Source of the DNA: a virus
IMG/VR virus record: IMGVR_UViG_3300005264_000008
Span: 1 to 64,000 of that record
DNA length: 64,000 nt
Direction: 5' to 3' (one strand)
The translations under genes and the position numbers were made by a program. Each line of letters begins with the position of its first letter. Position 1 is the stretch's first letter. Positions 40,282 through 49,704 of the stretch are shown here, piece after piece. The notes beneath the pieces are model-generated. The model was not told where the DNA came from. It ran no database searches and was given only the letters and a program-made list of their open reading frames with translations.

Positions 40282-41217
40282 ATGGAAAAGATAATAAATA
40301 ACATTTGGGTTGAAAAATATCGCCCACACGATTTAACTGAATTAGTTGGTAATGAACATTTAAAAAATAAGTTATCATCGTTTATTACTAAACAAGAAAT
40401 ACCTAATATCTTATTATATGGTGTATTTGGAACAGGTAAAACATCGATTGGTAATATTCTTATAAATAATATTGCATGTGACCCATTATACATAAATGCA
40501 GTTGATGAAAATGATGTTGATGTAGTTAGAACCAAAATTAAAAGTTTCGTACAAACAGTTTCTATGCACAAATGGAAAATTGTTTTCTTGGACGAATTCC
40601 ATAGATTTTCAATGCCAGCTCAACAAATATTACGAAATATAGTTGAAACATATAGTTTAAAAACTAGATTTGTAATTACTACTAATTATATTGAAAAAAT
40701 CGATGGTGCTATGAGAAGTAGATTTCAAGAATTTGAAGTTGTTCCTCCATCTAAATTAGAAGTTTTGAAACGGCTGTTACATATATTAGCAGTAGAAAAA
40801 GTTAAATATGTAGATGAAGATGTTGCCAACATATTAAATCAATATTATCCAGATATTCGGAAAATAACAAATACACTGCAAATGTGTGTAATTGATAATG
40901 AACTTATACTTGATAATTCAGCATTAGCAGTTACAGATTTTATGGATGATATTATGAAAATATTAGTAGATGGTACAAATCAAACTACTATGTTTCGACA
41001 AATAAGACAAATAATTGCCGATAATAAGGTAAGAGATTTTCAACCAATGTATAAATACATCTATGATAAGATGGATAAAATAACAACTGATATAAATAAA
41101 CAATCATTACTTATATTAGCATTAGCAGACGCACAATATCAAGAAACATTTGTGGTGAATAAAGAAATAACATTTATGAGCAGTATAGTTCAACTAATTA
41201 ATACAAAACTAAATTAA
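40282..41217 (+). CDS. Clamp loader AAA+ subunit (RFC/gp44-like)
   Basis: WVEKYRP, GVFGTGKT, FLDE, RSRF; ATG at 40282 preferred. Confidence 0.92.
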   Translation: MEKIINNIWVEKYRPHDLTELVGNEHLKNKLSSFITKQEIPNILLYGVFGTGKTSIGNILINNIACDPLYINAVDENDVDVVRTKIKSFVQTVSMHKWKIVFLDEFHRFSMPAQQILRNIVETYSLKTRFVITTNYIEKIDGAMRSRFQEFEVVPPSKLEVLKRLLHILAVEKVKYVDEDVANILNQYYPDIRKITNTLQMCVIDNELILDNSALAVTDFMDDIMKILVDGTNQTTMFRQIRQIIADNKVRDFQPMYKYIYDKMDKITTDINKQSLLILALADAQYQETFVVNKEITFMSSIVQLINTKLN

Positions 41218-41227
41218 AATAAATAAT

Positions 41228-41491
41228 ATGGACAATGTAATATCAATTAATTTTAACATATCTAAATTTAATATAACAAATATTGAATGTGATGATATAA
41301 CACCAATATCTACCACAATTGGCATACCAATTGGACATGCAATTATTAGTAATACAAATGATGAGTATAATATTGTTATTGTGTTGACTGAAAGATATTT
41401 TTTCAATGATTTTAGATTCATTGGTGAATTATTTTCAAAAAATGATAAACATATATTCAAAATAAATGAAATACGACTTATATGCAAATAA
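41228..41491 (+). CDS. Hypothetical protein
   Basis: 87-aa ORF in the operon. Confidence 0.5.
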   Translation: MDNVISINFNISKFNITNIECDDITPISTTIGIPIGHAIISNTNDEYNIVIVLTERYFFNDFRFIGELFSKNDKHIFKINEIRLICK

Positions 41492-42705
41492 ATACATTAT
41501 ATAATGAAAATTGTTTAGTTACAATGAAGAGAATGGATGATAACTCAATTGATTCTATTGTGACTGACCCACCATATGGGATACGATTTATGAATAAAAA
41601 ATGGGATTATGACATACCATCTGTTGATATATGGAAAGAATGTTTACGAGTATTAAAACCATGTGGACATTTATTATCATTCGCAGGAACTCGTACACAG
41701 CATCGAATGGTAACTAATATTGAAGATGCTGGATTTGAAATTAGAGATATGATTGCATATGTCTACGCAAGTGGATTTCCAAAGTCACTTAATATTAGTA
41801 AGGCAATTGATAAACAACTCGGTGCGAAACGAAAGGTAGTTGGGGTAGCAGGCAAATCAGGGTCAAAACGAAATTGTATGATGTCAGACTTTAAAGGTGG
41901 TACATATATGACTACATTACCATCTACAGATGAAGCAATTCAGTTTGAGAAGTTTGGTACAGCTCTTAAACCGTCATTAGAACCAATTACACTTGCACGA
42001 AAACCGTTATCGGAACAAACAATAGCAAGTAATGTTTTAAAATGGGGTACAGGTGGAATTAATATTGATGGGTGTCGTGTTCCATATACAAAAGACAATC
42101 CACCAATTCCACAGTTAGCACAAAATAAGATAAATGTAGATAGTAAAAAAACAATGTATGATGGTCAATCATTTAATAAATCAGTAACAAAGGCAATTAT
42201 AGGTGGTTCTTTGGATGGTAGATTTCCAGCTAATTTAATTCATGATGGTAGTGATGAAGTAAAAAATATGTTTCCTGACACTAAAAGTGGTAAAGTAATA
42301 AATGATAAAACAGCATATAATAATAGTAAATCTAATACTAGTTTTATAAAGGGAGAAACAAATCAATTTAATCAATATGGTGATAACGGCAATGCTTCAC
42401 GCTTTTTTTATTGTGCAAAACCATCTAAAAAAGAACGTGGTAAAAATAATACGCATCCAACTGTAAAACCAATTGCATTAATGAAATATTTGGTCACATT
42501 AGTAACACCTCCAAATGGTATTGTTTATGACCCATTTATGGGAAGTGGTTCTACTTTAATTGCATGTAAATTATTAGATTTTGATTATATCGGGAGTGAA
42601 TTGGATAAAAGTTCATGTGACATTGCAAATGAACGGCTAATATCAAATGAAGATATAATAAAAAAAGAAAAAGAAGATAAAATAAATAATCTATTTAATT
42701 TTTAA
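41482..42705 (+). CDS. Beta-class amino DNA methyltransferase (DPPY)
   Basis: TDPPYG, SGFPKS, GRFPAN, HPTVKP, DPFMGSGST; ends KINNLFNF. Confidence 0.92.
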   Translation: MQINTLYNENCLVTMKRMDDNSIDSIVTDPPYGIRFMNKKWDYDIPSVDIWKECLRVLKPCGHLLSFAGTRTQHRMVTNIEDAGFEIRDMIAYVYASGFPKSLNISKAIDKQLGAKRKVVGVAGKSGSKRNCMMSDFKGGTYMTTLPSTDEAIQFEKFGTALKPSLEPITLARKPLSEQTIASNVLKWGTGGINIDGCRVPYTKDNPPIPQLAQNKINVDSKKTMYDGQSFNKSVTKAIIGGSLDGRFPANLIHDGSDEVKNMFPDTKSGKVINDKTAYNNSKSNTSFIKGETNQFNQYGDNGNASRFFYCAKPSKKERGKNNTHPTVKPIALMKYLVTLVTPPNGIVYDPFMGSGSTLIACKLLDFDYIGSELDKSSCDIANERLISNEDIIKKEKEDKINNLFNF

Positions 42706-42716
42706 AATGAAAACAT

Positions 42717-43226
42717 ATGGATAAAATATATTTAAATGATGATAAAGGGAATGTAATTATAGAAACAGATATTACTAATTTTCACATATACTGTCAGGAT
42801 TTACAACCGAAAATGCTAGAATTTAAAACTACATTTGATATGCCGAACTTAAATGTATATTCAGTTACAATTGTATCGACAAATTTATTAGAGACTATTA
42901 TTTTAGGTAAAATCATTACACATGAAAATGATAAGTTTGTTTACTGTATAAAGAATACAAACATAGAATTTAAAGTACTGAATATTAAAGCTGTGTATAA
43001 TGATGAAATATCAATATTACCTAATCTAATAAAACATATCAATATAACTAATATGAAAAGTAAATTTAGTATACTGTTCGAAAGATTTGATAACTTGAAT
43101 GAACATCAGATAAAATCATTAACAATCGAAATGAAAAATGATGTGGTGTATAAAATAATATTACGAACTGCTGATATATCTGATAGTAGTATAGTATCAA
43201 CCAATTTTAAAATAACTAAACAATGA
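42717..43226 (+). CDS. Hypothetical protein
   Basis: 169 aa; ATGA overlap with the next gene. Confidence 0.55.
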   Translation: MDKIYLNDDKGNVIIETDITNFHIYCQDLQPKMLEFKTTFDMPNLNVYSVTIVSTNLLETIILGKIITHENDKFVYCIKNTNIEFKVLNIKAVYNDEISILPNLIKHINITNMKSKFSILFERFDNLNEHQIKSLTIEMKNDVVYKIILRTADISDSSIVSTNFKITKQ

Positions 43227-43813
43227 TTAATTGGTCACACGTTCAAACATCTTTATACGGTGCGTTTATAACAAATATGCCATCTTCAATTGAAGAAAGT
43301 GCAAATATACACGCAGGAATATTTGTAAACGATGTATTATTAAAAGCAACACTATCAACAGGTAATAAATGTTCGTTTCGAAATACGAAAACAGTAATAG
43401 AAGATATATCAATAATGTTTCAAACATTATTTAATACTAATATAAAATCAATAGTAGATTTACACAGTGTTCCATATATAGTATTAGCGACATCTTTAAG
43501 TGGTTATATTTATACGAATATGAATATCACAACATTACCACCAATACCACCTACAACCACTCCACAGCCAATTGCAAAACCAATTATAATGACAACAGCA
43601 GGAAATCCACTTGTATTTGGTAAATTATTGTATGAAGCATTTACATCAGGTAAAAAAGCTAATACAACTGAAGAAGGTGGGAATATAGTATCAAAAAGTT
43701 TAAGTCTCGCATATAAAACATATTTATCAACTATAACAGGACAATATTTTGGTTTAGTACCAAATCCAAATGGAGCAATACCAACTACTATTACGTGGGT
43801 TGGATTGGTGTAG
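43223..43813 (+). CDS. Hypothetical protein, possibly structural
   Basis: 196 aa with a Pro/Thr-rich segment. Confidence 0.55.
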   Translation: MINWSHVQTSLYGAFITNMPSSIEESANIHAGIFVNDVLLKATLSTGNKCSFRNTKTVIEDISIMFQTLFNTNIKSIVDLHSVPYIVLATSLSGYIYTNMNITTLPPIPPTTTPQPIAKPIIMTTAGNPLVFGKLLYEAFTSGKKANTTEEGGNIVSKSLSLAYKTYLSTITGQYFGLVPNPNGAIPTTITWVGLV

Positions 43814-43841
43814 GGATAAATAGAATTATTAAAATAGAATA

Positions 43842-43967
43842 TTATTAAATGGCAAAAAACTTTATGCAATGATAATAATCAAAAACAAACAATTATGAAT
43901 ATAGAATTTAAAGAAATTACTGTTCGAATTAACCAACGGATATGAAGATAACGAAGAAGGTGGTGTT
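43842..43967 (+). pseudogene. Relic of an EcoRI-family MTase C-terminus joined to a DUF262(-HNH) N-terminus
   Basis: LLNGKKLYAMIIIKNKQL* overlaps by ATGA with MNIEFKEITVR/LTNGYEDNEEGGV (frameshifted). Recognised from memory of such gene pairs. Confidence 0.45.
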
Positions 43968-43987
43968 TTATTATCTTGTATGATATG

Positions 43988-44248
43988 TTAAAATTCATAA
44001 TCACTTACACCTGATGCTAAGTGTCTCAAATCAATATATGCTGATTTTATAGAACAAGCTGAAAATCCAATTAAAGATAATGTTTCGTTGACAAACACAT
44101 ATTTACCAGCATCATTACCGCATGCAATACCGTCTCGGTTATCATATAATACGATAATATGTCCTTTGTATTTACCTTTTAATACTTTGCGACTAGTTAT
44201 ATATCCGTGATTACTATTATATTTTTCTCTATATGTTTTTCTTGGCAT
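43988..44248 (-). CDS. Hypothetical protein
   Basis: 86-aa ORF. Confidence 0.55.
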   Translation of the reverse strand: MPRKTYREKYNSNHGYITSRKVLKGKYKGHIIVLYDNRDGIACGNDAGKYVFVNETLSLIGFSACSIKSAYIDLRHLASGVSDYEF

Positions 44249-44250
44249 TT

Positions 44251-45291
44251 TTATTTTTTATTTATTAACGTTAATACATCATTAAATAAGACATCACTAT
44301 CAGTTTCTAATAAATATTTAATTGTTTTGGTTTTTCTATATTCATTGATAATTTCACTGATAATTTTTCCATGTTTAACTGGATTTAACTCTAATTTTGA
44401 TAGAAACAATCTGACATTTAATTTTTTCTTAATTGCTAAATTATTACTAATAGTATTACAACTGTCATTAATTCTAGTTGATAATGTATGTGGCGGAAAG
44501 AAATCATTTACATATGATTCTTTTTCTCTATATGAGTAAGAAGGAAACTCATTTTTTAAGTTATGTTTATTATCTGAAATCCATTTCTCAAATTCTTTAA
44601 AGGAACTTCGTTTGTCATTACGTTTCCTGTCTATATGTCGTCTATTTTCAGGAGAAAATAATTCAGTGAAAAATAATGAACTTTTGGAAATATACTCATA
44701 TAATTCAACATAAGTATCGAATCCTTTATTGAAAATATTTTTATCTAATCCAATATATTTAAATAGCATATTAGAATCATCTGTTATATGTAAATTTTCA
44801 ATTTTACCATTTTCATGCTTATGAATATAATATAACCCATTATATCCAAATTTAATATTGAATAGTCTAGTCATCTTACCAAGAAGATTTCCAAATGGGT
44901 CATTACTATAAAAAGTAGTAGCAATATCCCATTTACTTTTCTTAATAAAAATTAAATCAATTTCAATGATTTTATCATTATATTCGTATGCGAACGCCTT
45001 TACAGTACCGTTGTGAACGATTATAGGTTCATCGTTCTTATCACGTACTGCAATGTCATTATATAGGACATGTAAATCAATATCAAACATATAACTATCA
45101 TCAACGTTTAATAATAAATCAATATCACCAAAATCCCTTTTTTCACCAATAACAGACGGTTCAATTACCGTATTTACATTGATGTGTTTTTTTATTATTG
45201 GTGTGATTTCTGATAGGATGTCTGCCTTTTCAGATATGGAAATCCTATCAGCTTTGAAATTGTATTTTTTGTTAAAGATGTTACCACCCAT
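44251..45291 (-). CDS. Pol-beta-superfamily nucleotidyltransferase-like protein
   Basis: MGGN start, KRDFGDIDLL (GDxD), EIDLI third acidic residue. Confidence 0.65.
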   Translation of the reverse strand: MGGNIFNKKYNFKADRISISEKADILSEITPIIKKHINVNTVIEPSVIGEKRDFGDIDLLLNVDDSYMFDIDLHVLYNDIAVRDKNDEPIIVHNGTVKAFAYEYNDKIIEIDLIFIKKSKWDIATTFYSNDPFGNLLGKMTRLFNIKFGYNGLYYIHKHENGKIENLHITDDSNMLFKYIGLDKNIFNKGFDTYVELYEYISKSSLFFTELFSPENRRHIDRKRNDKRSSFKEFEKWISDNKHNLKNEFPSYSYREKESYVNDFFPPHTLSTRINDSCNTISNNLAIKKKLNVRLFLSKLELNPVKHGKIISEIINEYRKTKTIKYLLETDSDVLFNDVLTLINKK

Positions 45292-45318
45292 TTTTGTTTA
45301 TTTTTAATAGTTATAGTG

Positions 45319-45326
45319 CAAATATA
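45319..45326 (-). promoter_or_regulatory. Bacteroidota-type -7 promoter box
   Basis: TATATTTG about 28 nt upstream of the NTase start. Confidence 0.6.
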
Positions 45327-45426
45327 ATCTATATAATTTAATATAAAAATAATAATTGTTAAAAAATGTTAAAATGTCACACAAAAACATCAAAGACACA
45401 CACTATGTGTTTTATTATGGTTAATT

Positions 45427-45741
45427 TTAACGATGGCGAATATAGTTATCAAAAGCCCTTTTATCATTTTCGGAATTATCTTCTTTGCATTTTGAACATA
45501 CATGAACACCTTGCGAATATGACATTCCGTAAATGTCGAAATTTAAACATTGCTTACATAAAATATTACTATTTTCTTTTATTTTCTCAAATAGATAACT
45601 TGCAACTTCGTAACCTAATTCAAATTTTATTTGAATTTGACTAACTGATAATTTCCATTTCATACTTGTAAATTTCTTTTCTATTTTTGGAATAAGGTGA
45701 TTATGCTTTTCGTTCCTTTCTTTAATTAGTTGTGTTATCAT
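45427..45741 (-). CDS. Hypothetical protein with CxxC pairs
   Basis: CKQC...CSKC. Confidence 0.55.
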   Translation of the reverse strand: MITQLIKERNEKHNHLIPKIEKKFTSMKWKLSVSQIQIKFELGYEVASYLFEKIKENSNILCKQCLNFDIYGMSYSQGVHVCSKCKEDNSENDKRAFDNYIRHR

Positions 45742-45885
45742 AATTTAATATTTATTTGAGATTAGTATTTTGATAATCGGTTGGTAATGTTAAGAGTTTG
45801 GGAGTTTAAATTTAAACTTTTTGGATAACTCTTTTAATTTTAAAATGCTATAACACACTTTACATCAAATTCATGTTTATTATGA

Positions 45886-46662
45886 CTAATGAGAATCAGT
45901 AACCCGACATTCAGACAACTTACAATATTCTTCTGAAATGTCCATTCCGATAAATCTTCTTTTATTTAATTTTGCCGATTTTAAAACTGTTCCACTTCCA
46001 CACATTGGGTCTAAAATTATATCATTTTCATTTGACCAACTTAATATGTGGTCGGTTGCTAAATCGAATGGAAAAGGAGCAGGATGTTTTTTCGACTCAT
46101 GGTCAATTTTTTTCTTACCAACAACATAAGACCATATATTCCCTTTTATCTTTTGTTTCTTTACTTGAGTTGCTTTCTTTTTTCTTGTTTGCTTTCCTTT
46201 TGAAAAGTTTTTATATGTAGTTCCTTTTAGTTCTAACCCGGCATGAATACAATCTATTTTAATAGGATTATGAGTTTTAATTTTACCTTTTGAAAAAACA
46301 AACATATATTCAAATACATTATTGTATCTTTGTCTGTAAATTTGTGGAATTGGATTAGTTTTCTGAAATATCATTGTATCATGTAGATTAAATCCTATTT
46401 CTTTGAAATATAACGCTTGTTTAAAACTTGTACCTGTTTCACTTCTGTTTATCGTAGCATCAGCAACAACCCAAACCACAACACCACCAGTTTTTGTAAC
46501 TCTATACAATTCACGTGCAATCAATTCAAACGGAAAGGAAAATCCATTATAATTTCGTAAATTATCATAAGGCGGTGAAGTAACTGTTAAATCAATACTA
46601 TTGTCAGATAATAATTTTAAACCGTCCTGAGCAGGTTTATTGTAAATTATATTAGTTTTCAT
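45886..46662 (-). CDS. Beta-class DNA methyltransferase (SPPY)
   Basis: TSPPYD, HPAPFP, DPMCGSGT; lacks the NNLFNF tail. Confidence 0.9.
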   Translation of the reverse strand: MKTNIIYNKPAQDGLKLLSDNSIDLTVTSPPYDNLRNYNGFSFPFELIARELYRVTKTGGVVVWVVADATINRSETGTSFKQALYFKEIGFNLHDTMIFQKTNPIPQIYRQRYNNVFEYMFVFSKGKIKTHNPIKIDCIHAGLELKGTTYKNFSKGKQTRKKKATQVKKQKIKGNIWSYVVGKKKIDHESKKHPAPFPFDLATDHILSWSNENDIILDPMCGSGTVLKSAKLNKRRFIGMDISEEYCKLSECRVTDSH

Positions 46663-46691
46663 ATATTTTGTTTAAAAATTTGATATGATAA

Positions 46692-47138
46692 TCAAATAAG
46701 ATTCATATATTGTTTAATAATTGATTTCATCTTGTTATTATCAACCCCGATTTTTGTTAATGTATATATAATATCATTTTTTGAGAAAAATAATTGTATA
46801 TATTCGGACATTTCAATTATAGAAACAGATAAATCAGTCTTCAAATTTATCAATGTTGCTATTTCATCATATACATTATTATTTGATTTACATTTAACAT
46901 ATTTCAAAAACAGCTTTTTTTGTGGTAAAATTCCTAAATATAATTTATAAGCATCACGTTTATTTAATAACCCAACTGTATATTTTTGAAACATGTCAAT
47001 ATATTCAATTAAACTTTTGTCCATGCTTAACCATATATTAATCATATATGGATTGAAACTTTTCATGTCTTCATCTGAATAAGTGTTCACTGGTTTTTTA
47101 TCAACAGTTAGATTTCTAATGTGGTCAAATATTGTCAT
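46692..47138 (-). CDS. Clamp loader small subunit (gp62-like)
   Basis: FNPYMINIWLSMD...YKLYLGILPQKKLFLKYVK. Confidence 0.65.
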   Translation of the reverse strand: MTIFDHIRNLTVDKKPVNTYSDEDMKSFNPYMINIWLSMDKSLIEYIDMFQKYTVGLLNKRDAYKLYLGILPQKKLFLKYVKCKSNNNVYDEIATLINLKTDLSVSIIEMSEYIQLFFSKNDIIYTLTKIGVDNNKMKSIIKQYMNLI

Positions 47139-47359
47139 TTTGATATTATTTTTATGATTAAATACATAAATATTATGATTATTGTATTTATTATTGGTGT
47201 GAATATTAATATATATAATAATACTTTAGTATGTATTTTGTAATTATAATATGGTGTTTTTATAATACCATTATACAAGAATTGTACAGTTGGAATGTAT
47301 GATGTGATAGTTATTAATAATATAAATAGTACCATTATAAAAAATATCATTTTTATCAT
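47135..47359 (-). CDS. Small two-TM membrane protein
   Basis: Two hydrophobic stretches; ATGA overlap with the next gene. Confidence 0.45.
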   Translation of the reverse strand: MIKMIFFIMVLFILLITITSYIPTVQFLYNGIIKTPYYNYKIHTKVLLYILIFTPIINTIIIIFMYLIIKIISK

Positions 47360-47418
47360 AAGATTAATATATTTTAATTGAATTAATTTATTATATTATA
47401 AATAAAGTAATAATAATT

Positions 47419-47670
47419 TTAATCAAATGGAATCCTAATACTAGAACCAGGTTCAATGAAAAATGTAATTGGTGTTATATTATTTGCCAATGCTATAATA
47501 TACCACATAGTAGCATCATTATAATATTTATTGGCAAGTAAATCTAATCTATCGTTTTTTTTAGTAATAATATATTCATCATTTGGTGATTCGGGTATAT
47601 TAGCTAATGTATTAGATGTGTAATGTTTCTTATTTCCTGTTAAAATTATATTTGATGTGATTCTTTCCAT
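47419..47670 (-). CDS. LysM-like baseplate/tail protein (gp53 or gpX-like)
   Basis: DRLDLLANKYYNDATMWYIIALANNI...IRIP. Confidence 0.8.
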   Translation of the reverse strand: MERITSNIILTGNKKHYTSNTLANIPESPNDEYIITKKNDRLDLLANKYYNDATMWYIIALANNITPITFFIEPGSSIRIPFD

Positions 47671-47715
47671 TTTTAATTTATTTTATTTTATATAAATATA
47701 AAAAAATAATTTAAT

Positions 47716-49056
47716 ATGGTTGATAAATTCAGGTATGGAACAACATTTCAGACTAAAATAATATCATCAATGATGTCGGATAGTATATTTATGAAACGAA
47801 TAATCGATATTATTGATGTTAAGTATTTCGAGAATGATATTATACAAAATATAATACATGAAATTATAGAGTATTTTCATAAATATAAAATGAAACCCAC
47901 ATTTGATAGTTTGAAAACAATTTTTATTCAGCCAAAATATTCACAAATAAGTAATTCAAGTATTCAAATTATAATTGATGCACAAAGTTATTTAGATAGT
48001 TCGGACTTAGATTATGTAAAGGATAGTGTCATACAATTCTGTAGACACCAAGAAATAAAACGAGCAATTTTACAAAGTGTCGATTTATTAAACAATGATA
48101 AATTTGACATTATCGAAAAAATGATGAATGACAGTTTTAAAATTGGATTAGATATAAACACAGGTATCAATATTAAAAGAGATGTCGATTTAGTATTCAC
48201 TGATGACAAACGCAATCCAGTTGCAACACCGTGGGAACAAATAAATAATATAACTGAAGGTGGTCTTGGATTAGGTGAGTTAGGTGTGATTGCGGCCCCA
48301 CCTGGAATTGGTAAAAGTTGGGCGTTAGTTTCGTTGGCTTCACATGCAATTAAACAAGGAAAAAAAGTTGTATTTTTTACTCTTGAATTATATGAAAATT
48401 ATGTTGCAAAACGATTCTATTCTAATCTCACACATACAAAATTAAATAATCTAAAATATGAAGTTGATGCAATTAAAACATATCTAAACCATTTGAAGGG
48501 AGAATTGATAATACAATACTACCCAACTAAATCAGTTTCAGTTAATTCATTGAAAGGATTTGTTGAACGAAGTATAACAGAAGAATTCAAACCTGATTTA
48601 ATTATAGTTGATTATGCTGATTTATTGAAAGCACCATATGTAAATAGTACAAAAAGGGATGACCAAATACTAGGTGATATTTATGCTGAATTACGTGGTA
48701 TGGCTGGTGAATTTGAAATACCTGTGTGGACAGCTTCTCAAATTAATAGAAGTGGAGCAAAATCACAAGTTATTGAAAGTGATAGTATTGCAGGGAGTTT
48801 TGAAAAAATTATGATTGCTGATATTGTTGTGTCTATTAGTCGTCAACTTGAAGATAAAATTGCCAATACAAGTAGGTGGCATATATTAAAAAATAGATTT
48901 GGTAGGGACGGTGTTACATTCCCAGCCCAAAATGATTTATCAATGGGTAAAATACAACTATTTGAACCGACTACTGAAAAGGGTAAGGAAGTATCGAATA
49001 GTACTGAAATGGCTTCTAAAAAATTTATGAGAAACAAATATAAACAATTTTTATAA
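47716..49056 (+). CDS. Replicative DnaB-family helicase (gp41-like)
   Basis: APPGIGKS, FTLEL, IIVDYADL, WTASQINR, LKNRFG. Confidence 0.92.
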   Translation: MVDKFRYGTTFQTKIISSMMSDSIFMKRIIDIIDVKYFENDIIQNIIHEIIEYFHKYKMKPTFDSLKTIFIQPKYSQISNSSIQIIIDAQSYLDSSDLDYVKDSVIQFCRHQEIKRAILQSVDLLNNDKFDIIEKMMNDSFKIGLDINTGINIKRDVDLVFTDDKRNPVATPWEQINNITEGGLGLGELGVIAAPPGIGKSWALVSLASHAIKQGKKVVFFTLELYENYVAKRFYSNLTHTKLNNLKYEVDAIKTYLNHLKGELIIQYYPTKSVSVNSLKGFVERSITEEFKPDLIIVDYADLLKAPYVNSTKRDDQILGDIYAELRGMAGEFEIPVWTASQINRSGAKSQVIESDSIAGSFEKIMIADIVVSISRQLEDKIANTSRWHILKNRFGRDGVTFPAQNDLSMGKIQLFEPTTEKGKEVSNSTEMASKKFMRNKYKQFL

Positions 49057-49280
49057 TGGTAATACTAACTATACTACTGAGTTTATTTATTTTAGTAACA
49101 ATATACCAACAGTATATATTATATAAAATAGGCAAAATAATTAAAACACATGGTCTGTTAATTGACAATCTTAAAGAACTTATAATACAAAATATTAAGA
49201 TAACAAAAAATAATACATCACTAATTAATAATATGCAAAATATAATAAAATCACTGTTGAAAAAACATAAAAATAAATAA
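49056..49280 (+). CDS. Small membrane-anchored protein
   Basis: N-terminal TM segment plus coiled coil. Confidence 0.5.
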   Translation: MVILTILLSLFILVTIYQQYILYKIGKIIKTHGLLIDNLKELIIQNIKITKNNTSLINNMQNIIKSLLKKHKNK

Positions 49281-49291
49281 TGTATTCAAAT

Positions 49292-49322
49292 AAAAATCCA
49301 AATATATAATTTGGATTTTTTT
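49292..49322. terminator. Intrinsic terminator
   Basis: AAAAATCCAAAT-ATATA-ATTTGGATTTTT. Confidence 0.65.
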
Positions 49323-49355
49323 GTTATTATAACACTATTTATATAAAAATTGATT

Positions 49356-49676
49356 ATGACAAAAAAAGAATTGGAAAATATCATTAGAGAAGTGATATAT
49401 GAAAATATTAATAATATCATATTATCACCTAAAGACAAATTTACATTTAAAGAAACGTTTAATGCATTTGATGAACCTGATTATTTATTTATTTATAAAG
49501 ATGGAAAAAAACTCACTGAATTTTATTATAATATGAGAGGATTCATTCCAAATTTCACATTAACAAATGGTAATGGTGTGCAAGCATCATTTGGCGAACT
49601 ATCAAAATCAAAAAGTCTTAGGTTATTTAAAAATAATATAAAGCAAGGTTTTGTAAACTTACATAAATTTAATTAA
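49356..49676 (+). CDS. Leader-family protein
   Basis: MTKKELENIIREVIYE; ACTATTTATA at 49334-49343. Confidence 0.6.
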   Translation: MTKKELENIIREVIYENINNIILSPKDKFTFKETFNAFDEPDYLFIYKDGKKLTEFYYNMRGFIPNFTLTNGNGVQASFGELSKSKSLRLFKNNIKQGFVNLHKFN

Positions 49677-49704
49677 AAGGATAATTAAAATAAAAATAAT
49701 ACAT

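Noticed and set aside
45847-45886. attC-like site after the SPPY MTase on the minus strand (TCATAAT...GTTATAGC)
   Set aside because: The AAC core is missing, the hairpin is weak, and no matching core site was found at the other end of either neighbouring ORF. It may be a remnant but is unsupported.
23395-46662. Complete restriction-modification systems
   Set aside because: No cognate endonuclease is recognisable beside any of the five MTases; they look like orphan protective enzymes.
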